The notes under the pieces: model-generated
The model's input: only the letters and a program-made list of their open reading frames with translations
Told to the model about the DNA's origin: nothing
Database searches by the model: none
Position numbers and translations under genes: made by a program
Virus genome (UHGV): UHGV-0073665
Strand: one strand, 5' to 3'
Source of the DNA: a virus
DNA: 22,092 nt
Shown here: positions 15,572-22,092 of the stretch, in pieces
Layout: each line of letters opens with the position of its first letter
Numbering within the stretch: position 1 is the stretch's first letter

Positions 15572-15864
15572 CAGATTACGAAGACGATCAACTGAAAGAA
15601 GAAAACGCCCGTAAGCAACGTGACATGGCACAGCGTGAAATTGATGACATTCGCTTTGTCATGAGCAGTGAACAGGGGCGTCGCGTTGTCTGGTCGGTGC
15701 TGGAGAAAGGCCGTGTGTTTTCCGCTATCTCACCGATGGACGCTATGGCAATGGCATTTAATGAGGGGCAACGCAATCTGGCGCTGGAACTGTTTCAGCG
15801 CGTTATGGCGCATTGTCCTGAACAGTATTTGAAGATGGCCAAAGAGGCCAGTGAACAGGAGTGA
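15568..15864 (+). CDS. Hypothetical 98-aa protein between portal and scaffold
   Basis: Start overlaps the portal stop (ATGA). No family recognised. Confidence 0.5.
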   Translation: MTDYEDDQLKEENARKQRDMAQREIDDIRFVMSSEQGRRVVWSVLEKGRVFSAISPMDAMAMAFNEGQRNLALELFQRVMAHCPEQYLKMAKEASEQE

Positions 15865-15866
15865 TC

Positions 15867-16562
15867 ATGAATTTATTTGAGCGTTTGCTGTATAGCCGTC
15901 TTTGCAATGAGCAACCAGTCGATGGTGGAGCAGCTCCGGCTGCGTCAGAACCGTCAGCGCCTGCAGGTGATAACCCTGCTCCAGTTGGTGATCCATCACA
16001 ACAGGAAGGTGATAAGCCACAACCTGTTGCTGATGGCGATAAACCTGCTGATGACAAAAAGCCTGAAAACGATAAGCAGGATGAAAAAAAGGACGGCGAT
16101 AAACCAGAGGGTGCGCCTGAGAAGTACGAGTTTCAGGCTGCCGAAGGCGTAGAGCTGGATACAGAAGCGTTGAAGGAATTCGAGCCGGTGGCGCGAGAAC
16201 TTAACCTGACCAACGAGCAAGCGCAAAAGCTGGTTGATGCTTATCCGAAGATTCTGGCAGGTGTTCAGCAGCGCCAGGCAGAAGCCTGGCAGAAAACAAC
16301 CGAGCAGTGGGCTGCGGATGTAAAAGCTGACAAAGAAATCGGTGGCGACAAGTTGATTTCTAACCTTAGCGCCGCACAGCGTGCGCTTGACCAGTTCGGG
16401 ACACCTGAACTCAAAGAATATCTGAACACCACCGGGCTGGGTAATCACCCTGATCTGGTCAAAACGTTCGTGAAAATCGGAAAGGCGATGTCTGAAGATG
16501 GCATGGTCACCGGTGGTAATGAAGGCCAGCGTAGTGCGGCCGAAGTGCTCTATGGCAAATAA
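15867..16562 (+). CDS. Putative scaffolding protein (acidic, 231 aa from ATG 15867)
   Basis: AGGAG lies 6 nt upstream of ATG 15867. Acidic, Pro/Asp/Lys-rich N-terminus and helical C-terminus. Position between portal and major capsid is as in T7 gp9. Confidence 0.55.
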   Translation: MNLFERLLYSRLCNEQPVDGGAAPAASEPSAPAGDNPAPVGDPSQQEGDKPQPVADGDKPADDKKPENDKQDEKKDGDKPEGAPEKYEFQAAEGVELDTEALKEFEPVARELNLTNEQAQKLVDAYPKILAGVQQRQAEAWQKTTEQWAADVKADKEIGGDKLISNLSAAQRALDQFGTPELKEYLNTTGLGNHPDLVKTFVKIGKAMSEDGMVTGGNEGQRSAAEVLYGK

Positions 16563-16576
16563 GAGAGGAAATGACA

Positions 16577-17563
16577 ATGGCTGTTAAAGGCTTAACTGCG
16601 CTAACGCTGGCTGACTGGGGTAAGCGCGTCGATAAAAACGGGAAAGTCGATAAGATTATCGAGCTTCTCGGTCAAACTAACCCGATCCTTCAGGATATGC
16701 CTTTTGTCGAAGGGAACCTTCCTACCGGACACCGAACCACCATTCGTTCTGGTTTACCTTCAGCCACCTGGCGTTTGCTGAACTATGGCGTACAGCCAAG
16801 CAAATCAACCACAGTGCAGGTCACCGATTCCGTTGGAATGCTGGAAACCTATGCTGAAGTCGATAAGTCACTGGCTGATCTGAACGGTAATACCGCCGAA
16901 TTCCGCCTGTCTGAAGACCGCGCATTTATTGAAGCGATGAATCAGCAGATGGCGCAGACGCTGTTTTATGGTGATTCCAGCGTTAACCCTCAGCAGTTTA
17001 TGGGACTGTCCTCCCGCTATTCCAGCCTGTCTGCAGGTAATGCTCAGAACATCATTGATGCTGGTGGCACGGGTACAGATAACACCTCAATCTGGTTAGT
17101 GGTGTGGGGCGAAAACACAGTGCATGGCATCTTCCCGAAAGGGCAGAAGGCTGGCATTCAGATGGAAGATAAAGGCCAGGTGACACTGGAAGATGCTAAT
17201 GGCGGCAAGTACGAAGGCTACCGTACCCATTACAAATGGGACAACGGACTTGCTCTGCGTGACTGGCGTTATGTTGTTCGCATTGCAAACATCGATGTCA
17301 GCAATCTTTCAGAACCTTCCTCTGCCGCAAATATTGCGAAGTTGATGGTTAAAGCACTGCATCGCATTCCAAATCGTGGCATGGGTCGCCCGGTGTTCTA
17401 CATGAACCGCACTGTAGGCCAGGCTCTTGATCTGCAATCTCTGGAGAAAACATCTCTGGCGATCAGCGTAAAAGAGACAGAAGGCGAGTGGTGGACTTCA
17501 TTCCGTGGTGTACCAATCCGTGAAACTGATGCGCTTCTGGAAACAGAAGCCCGCGTGGTGTAA
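16577..17563 (+). CDS. Major capsid protein (alternative start 16571)
   Basis: ~328 aa, directly after the scaffold, with GAGG 8 nt upstream of ATG 16577. Followed by small virion genes and a terminator. Call is mainly by position and size. Confidence 0.65.
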   Translation: MAVKGLTALTLADWGKRVDKNGKVDKIIELLGQTNPILQDMPFVEGNLPTGHRTTIRSGLPSATWRLLNYGVQPSKSTTVQVTDSVGMLETYAEVDKSLADLNGNTAEFRLSEDRAFIEAMNQQMAQTLFYGDSSVNPQQFMGLSSRYSSLSAGNAQNIIDAGGTGTDNTSIWLVVWGENTVHGIFPKGQKAGIQMEDKGQVTLEDANGGKYEGYRTHYKWDNGLALRDWRYVVRIANIDVSNLSEPSSAANIAKLMVKALHRIPNRGMGRPVFYMNRTVGQALDLQSLEKTSLAISVKETEGEWWTSFRGVPIRETDALLETEARVV

Positions 17564-17614
17564 CGCCTGTTATTAACCTGTGGGTCGTAACAGACCCACT
17601 AATGGAGAAAGAAG

Positions 17615-18052
17615 ATGATCACCGACAAACTGTTGATGTTCTCCGAAGCTCAGGCGGTTACGAATACCGCGGCTTCTACTGACGTAATCGATCTCGGTCC
17701 AATTGACGGAAAACGTCGTGATATCGGCGTGGGTTACCCGCTTGAGTTTTGGGCGCTGGTTAACACAGCCGCCGCGGCAAGCGGTGATGCAACTGTAAAC
17801 ATCCAGTTGCAGACGAGTGAGAATAACAGCTCATGGACCACTATTTATGATAGTGGCGCACTGGCAAAGACCGCCCTGACAGCAGGTAAACGAGTTGTTT
17901 CTGCAAAGGTGCCTGCCGGTGTTCAGCGATATCTGCGTGTTAACTACTCCGTCGCAACTGGCCCACTAACGGCTGGCGAATTCACTGCTGGTATCAGTCT
18001 TGATGTTGATGCCAATACGCCGTATCCGATCCTCTCAAAAGTAACTGGTTAA
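17615..18052 (+). CDS. Hypothetical virion-associated protein (145 aa)
   Basis: In the structural operon after the major capsid gene. Confidence 0.5.
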   Translation: MITDKLLMFSEAQAVTNTAASTDVIDLGPIDGKRRDIGVGYPLEFWALVNTAAAASGDATVNIQLQTSENNSSWTTIYDSGALAKTALTAGKRVVSAKVPAGVQRYLRVNYSVATGPLTAGEFTAGISLDVDANTPYPILSKVTG

Positions 18053-18053
18053 G

Positions 18054-18398
18054 GTGATATCGATGTCAGGTGAGAAACCAAGATACCGCGTTCTGCGCCT
18101 CTCTCATATCCATAACACTCTGTGGCCGGAGGGGGCAGAAATCGAATACGAAGGTGAGCCTGGTAGCGCACTGGAACCTGTTAACGATGCAGCCAGACAG
18201 GCAAAAGCAAAGGTAGCAGGAAAGGTGTCTATGGCAGCAACCAGCACCAAAATCATCAACGATGTGTCAGATGATGGTGAACTGGATAAGCTCCGTGAAG
18301 AGTACGAATTGCTCTTTAACGAGAAGCCACACCATAACGCCAAAGCCGAAACGCTCCGCGAGAAGATCGCAGATAAGCGTAAAGAACTGGGCGTGTAA
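18054..18398 (+). CDS. Hypothetical protein (114 aa)
   Basis: Start 2 nt after the upstream stop. Followed by a terminator. Confidence 0.5.
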   Translation: MISMSGEKPRYRVLRLSHIHNTLWPEGAEIEYEGEPGSALEPVNDAARQAKAKVAGKVSMAATSTKIINDVSDDGELDKLREEYELLFNEKPHHNAKAETLREKIADKRKELGV

Positions 18399-18415
18399 GC
18401 CTCGCGGATCAGACA

Positions 18416-18436
18416 AGGGGCTTCGGCCCCTTTATT
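18416..18436 (+). terminator. Rho-independent terminator (GGGGC-UUCG-GCCCC plus UUUAUU) after the capsid gene cluster
   Basis: Stable tetraloop hairpin followed by a T-run on the plus strand. Confidence 0.65.
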
Positions 18437-18448
18437 GCAGGAGTGTAT

Positions 18449-18772
18449 ATGGAACTCGTAAACCTCAAAACCGGCACTGACAGCTACCAGGATGAGAGCG
18501 GAGAAACCAGAACTCGCGATGAATACCCGTGGGGGCTGTGCATCACTCTTAATAACGACACATTGAATAAGCTGAAGGCGCAACCTAAGGGCGTCGGAAC
18601 GGAAGTGATGATAACTGCAAAGGCTGTTATTCGAGGCCTGTCTGCCAGAGAAACTAACGATGGCGTTAATCGCAGCGCCGATCTGCAGATCACTGATATG
18701 GCGATCGCTCCTGTTTCCGGGGATGTAGAAAAATCAGCGGCTGAAACTCTGTACGGTAACGGAGGTGAGTGA
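18449..18772 (+). CDS. Hypothetical structural protein (107 aa from ATG 18449)
   Basis: AGGAG lies 6 nt upstream of ATG 18449; the track start 18443 is GTG. Confidence 0.45.
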   Translation: MELVNLKTGTDSYQDESGETRTRDEYPWGLCITLNNDTLNKLKAQPKGVGTEVMITAKAVIRGLSARETNDGVNRSADLQITDMAIAPVSGDVEKSAAETLYGNGGE

Positions 18773-19377
18773 TGGCCTCTGTAGTAGAGATCTGTAATCG
18801 TGCGCTGTCCAATATTGGCAACAGCCGCAGCATTAACAGCCTGACGGAAGCCAGCAAGGAAGCGGGGGAATGTTCGCTGCACTTTGAGGCCTGTCGTGAT
18901 GCTGTGCTTTCTGATTTTGACTGGAACTTTGCTACCAAACGCGTGGCGCTTGCAGATACGAGCAATCCACCGCCTGACTGGGAATATGCGTACCAGTACC
19001 CGTCAGATTGTCTGCGCATTACTGAAATTATGCTTCCTGGTGTACGCAATCCAACAGCAGCAATGCGCGTTCAGTACGAAGTTGGTGCAGACACCAACGG
19101 AACAGGAAAGTTGATCTACACAGACCAGCCTCAGGCATGGCTCAAGTATGTCTCTCGCGTTACAGATGTGAACATGTTTGATGCCATTTTTATGGAGGCG
19201 TTGGCCTGGCGTCTTGCGGCAGCTATTAACATGGCGCTGACTGGGAATGCAGACCTCGGTACGTTTGCCCTCAATATGTACAATCGCGTGATTCTTAGTG
19301 CTGGCTCGCATAGCCAGAATGAATCACAGGAACCACAGCCACCGGTTGATGAGTTTACCATTGCGAGGTTGTCCTGA
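18772..19377 (+). CDS. Putative tail tubular protein A (T7 gp11-like), by size and position
   Basis: ~201 aa, immediately upstream of an ~820-aa gene, as for T7 gp11 and gp12. GGAGGTGA RBS. Sequence resemblance to gp11 is weak from memory. Confidence 0.45.
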   Translation: MASVVEICNRALSNIGNSRSINSLTEASKEAGECSLHFEACRDAVLSDFDWNFATKRVALADTSNPPPDWEYAYQYPSDCLRITEIMLPGVRNPTAAMRVQYEVGADTNGTGKLIYTDQPQAWLKYVSRVTDVNMFDAIFMEALAWRLAAAINMALTGNADLGTFALNMYNRVILSAGSHSQNESQEPQPPVDEFTIARLS

Positions 19378-21848
19378 TGGCTATCAGTTGGATCCAGCCC
19401 AGCTTTGCCGGTGGTGAGATTGGACCGTCGTTGTACGGGCGTATTGACATGGCGAAGTACCAGGTAGCATTGCGCAAGTGCGATAACTTTATCGTGCGGC
19501 AGTATGGCGGCGTTGAGAATCGACCTGGTACGCGTTTTGTCGGTGCCGCCAAATACCCAAATCGGAAATGCCGCCTGATCCCGTTCCAATTCTCGACGGT
19601 TCAGACTTATGCTCTGGAGTTCGGACACCAGTACATGCGCGTTATCAAAGATGGTGCGTTGGTGCTGAACAGCAGCAATGTTATTTATGAAATTGCCACG
19701 CCATATACTGAAGCCGATCTGTTCCGAATTAAATTCACGCAAAGCGCCGACGTGCTTACGCTGGTTCACCCGGCATACCCGCCGAAAGAGCTGCGCCGCT
19801 ATGCGCATGACAACTGGCAACTGGTTGATGTGGTAACGAAGAACGGGCCATTTGAAGATATCAATATTGATGAGTCAGTGACGGTTTATGCCAGCGCCAG
19901 CACCGGGACAATTACGTTAACGGCAAGCGCCTCTATTTTTGGCGCGGAGCAGGTAGGCAAATTGTTCTATCTGGAACAGCCTGCAGTGGATTCTGTGCCG
20001 GTATGGGAAACCAGTAAGAGTACGTCGATTGGCGATATTCGCCGTGCAGACAGTAACTACTATCGCGCCGTTACAGCAGGCAAAACAGGCACTTTGCGCC
20101 CTTCGCATACAGAAGGCACATCATGGGATGGCTGGGGCGGATCCGGTGATGATGATACTGGCATTGAGTGGGAGTATCTGCACAGTGGTTTTGGCATTGC
20201 CCGTATAACTGCTGTAAATGGCACTACTGCAACTGCTGAGGTGATTTCCTATATCCCTTCGCAGGTCGTTGGCGAGGATAATGCCAGCTATAAATGGGCT
20301 AAATATGCCTGGAACAGTGTTAACGGTTATCCTGGCACGGTTGTTTATTATCAACAACGTCTTTACTTCGCCGCATCGACAGCGTTCCCTCAGACTATCT
20401 GGGCCAGCCGTACTGGGGATTATAAGGATTTTGGCAAAAGCAATCCTACGCAGGATGACGACAGAATTATCTACACCTATGCCGGGCGTCAGGTTAATGA
20501 GATCCGCCACCTGATTGATGTCGGTTCGCTGGTGGCACTGACTTCCGGAGGTGAGTACGTCATCACCGGCGACCAGAACAAAGTATTAACTCCATCATCA
20601 TTTGCATTCAGCTCTCAGGGATCAAATGGTTCGAGCAATGTCCCACCAATTGCCGTGGCGAATATTGCTCTGTTCGTCCAGGAGAAAGGCAGTGTTGTCC
20701 GTGATCTGGCCTACTCATTCGATGTTGACGGCTATCAGGGGAACGACCTTACTATCCTTGCCAATCATCTTTTTCAGAAGCACAGCATTGTTGACTGGTG
20801 CTTCTCTATTGTCCCTTACTCCAGCGCCTTCTGCATTCGTGATGACGGTAAATTACTGGTGATGACCTATTTGCGTGATCAACAGGTTTTTGCATGGGCA
20901 CCACAGTCCAGTACCGGAAAATATGAAAGCACATGCAGTATCAGCGAAGGCAATGAAGATGCGGTGTATTTCGTCATTAACCGAACCGTTAACGGGCAAA
21001 CAGTGAGATACATCGAGCGACTGTCCAGCCGTTTATTTACCAGCGATGAAGATGCTTTCTTTGTTGATTCTGGCCTTAGCTATGATGGAAGAAATACGTC
21101 TGACAGAACGATGACCATCACTGGTGGTTCTGGTGAATGGGATTACCGTGCGGAATATACAATCAGTGTTTCTGGTGGTGCGTACTTCACCAGTAGTGAT
21201 GTCGGCGCGCAACTACAGTTCCCTTATACCGGAACTGATCCTGATACTGGCGATGAAGTGTCAAAAGAATTACGTTGCGACATTATTTCTGTAACCAGCA
21301 ATACCGCTGTAGTGGTTCGTGCTAACAGGAACGTCCCGCCATCCCTCAGGAATGTGGCCACCACGAACTGGCAGATGGCGCGCCGGACATTTGGAGGCCT
21401 GTCTCATCTTGAAGGCCAGACCGTAAACATTCTCTCTGATGCGAACGTGGAACCACAGAAAGTGGTTTCCGGAGGTGCCGTCACGCTGGAATCTCCGGGG
21501 GCTGTAGTGCACATCGGCCTGCCAATAACTGCTGAATTCGAAACACTGGATATCAACATTAACGGACAGGAAACGCTGCTGGACAAAAAACAGGTGATCC
21601 CCTCCGTTACTCTGGTTGTGAATGCCAGTCGCGGCATCTGGGCGACTACGCCCGGCGGTAAATGGTACGAATATCCACAGCGTGAATTCGAGTTCTACGA
21701 TGATCCTGTTGATGATGCTACCGGAAAAGTAGAAGTGAAACTGGACAGTAACTGGGGCAAAAACGGACGTGTAAAAATCCGTCAGCTTGATCCGTTGCCG
21801 CGGTCTGTTCTTGCCGTTATTCCTCGCCTTACTGTTGGGGGATTCTGA
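19377..21848 (+). CDS. Putative tail tubular protein B (T7 gp12-like) or other large tail component
   Basis: 823 aa, start overlapping the upstream stop. Size and position match T7 gp12. N-terminus MAISWIQPSFAGGEIGPSLYGR loosely resembles the gp12 N-terminus. Confidence 0.55.
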   Translation: MAISWIQPSFAGGEIGPSLYGRIDMAKYQVALRKCDNFIVRQYGGVENRPGTRFVGAAKYPNRKCRLIPFQFSTVQTYALEFGHQYMRVIKDGALVLNSSNVIYEIATPYTEADLFRIKFTQSADVLTLVHPAYPPKELRRYAHDNWQLVDVVTKNGPFEDINIDESVTVYASASTGTITLTASASIFGAEQVGKLFYLEQPAVDSVPVWETSKSTSIGDIRRADSNYYRAVTAGKTGTLRPSHTEGTSWDGWGGSGDDDTGIEWEYLHSGFGIARITAVNGTTATAEVISYIPSQVVGEDNASYKWAKYAWNSVNGYPGTVVYYQQRLYFAASTAFPQTIWASRTGDYKDFGKSNPTQDDDRIIYTYAGRQVNEIRHLIDVGSLVALTSGGEYVITGDQNKVLTPSSFAFSSQGSNGSSNVPPIAVANIALFVQEKGSVVRDLAYSFDVDGYQGNDLTILANHLFQKHSIVDWCFSIVPYSSAFCIRDDGKLLVMTYLRDQQVFAWAPQSSTGKYESTCSISEGNEDAVYFVINRTVNGQTVRYIERLSSRLFTSDEDAFFVDSGLSYDGRNTSDRTMTITGGSGEWDYRAEYTISVSGGAYFTSSDVGAQLQFPYTGTDPDTGDEVSKELRCDIISVTSNTAVVVRANRNVPPSLRNVATTNWQMARRTFGGLSHLEGQTVNILSDANVEPQKVVSGGAVTLESPGAVVHIGLPITAEFETLDININGQETLLDKKQVIPSVTLVVNASRGIWATTPGGKWYEYPQREFEFYDDPVDDATGKVEVKLDSNWGKNGRVKIRQLDPLPRSVLAVIPRLTVGGF

Positions 21849-22092
21849 TGATCGATGTTCAAATTATTCCCGCAACCGAAGAGCATCTTCAGATGATTTT
21901 GCCGGATGTTCGTCAGGCTGATATTGACGAACTGTATGCGGTATCACTGATGACTACCGAAGATGCGCTGCGTGTTGGTCTGCGTACTGCGACTATGGCC
22001 TGGTCAGGGTTCGCGAACGGAGAACTGGTAACCATGTTTGGCGTATCTCCGGCGTCAATGATCGGTGGCAATGGTACGCCCTGGCTGGTCGG
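21848..22092 (+). CDS. Hypothetical protein, 5' part only (continues beyond the window end)
   Basis: ATG overlaps the upstream stop. Frame is open to the window end (MIDVQIIPATEEHLQMILPDVRQADIDELYAV...). Confidence 0.4.
   Translation, partial: MIDVQIIPATEEHLQMILPDVRQADIDELYAVSLMTTEDALRVGLRTATMAWSGFANGELVTMFGVSPASMIGGNGTPWLV

Noticed and set aside
19131-19820. 229-aa minus-strand ORF
   Set aside because: Antisense to the 5' part of the 823-aa tail gene.
1-22092. CRISPR arrays, IS elements or transposases
   Set aside because: No regularly spaced repeat-spacer structure, terminal inverted repeats with target duplications, or transposase-like ORFs were seen.

Overview
This window reads as a 22-kb stretch of a temperate, mosaic lambdoid phage (enterobacterial type), running from the replication and immunity region through the early-left operon into the packaging and virion genes. 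All homology statements are from memory of lambda, P22 and T7 proteins; no search was run.

Gene order: O (truncated at the window edge, lambda-type ori iterons inside) <- cII <- nutR <- cro | OR | cI -> 299-aa membrane-protein cassette -> terminator | OL/PL -> nutL -> N (P22 gene-24 type) -> [sieB, opposite strand] -> ral -> split E/K/R-rich gene -> cIII -> kil -> arf-position ORF -> erf -> SSB-like -> seven early hypotheticals -> TerS -> TerL -> [minus-strand island: tRNA-Arg(UCU), terminators, 140-aa ORF] -> portal (frame interrupted) -> scaffold-like -> major capsid -> virion proteins -> tail-tubular-A/B-like -> partial ORF.

Most interesting:
- A compositionally atypical single gene at the rex-equivalent position next to cI (2264..3163), a candidate undescribed exclusion or abortive-infection factor.
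- A minus-strand island inside the structural module carrying a phage tRNA-Arg and an unknown ORF.
- A portal gene broken exactly at an A_AAA_AAG heptamer.
- An identical 16-bp palindromic motif bracketing the terminase genes.
- An unusual module order in which the PL operon runs directly into the packaging genes.

No integrase, att site, lysis genes, Q, CRISPR array or IS element is visible in the window.
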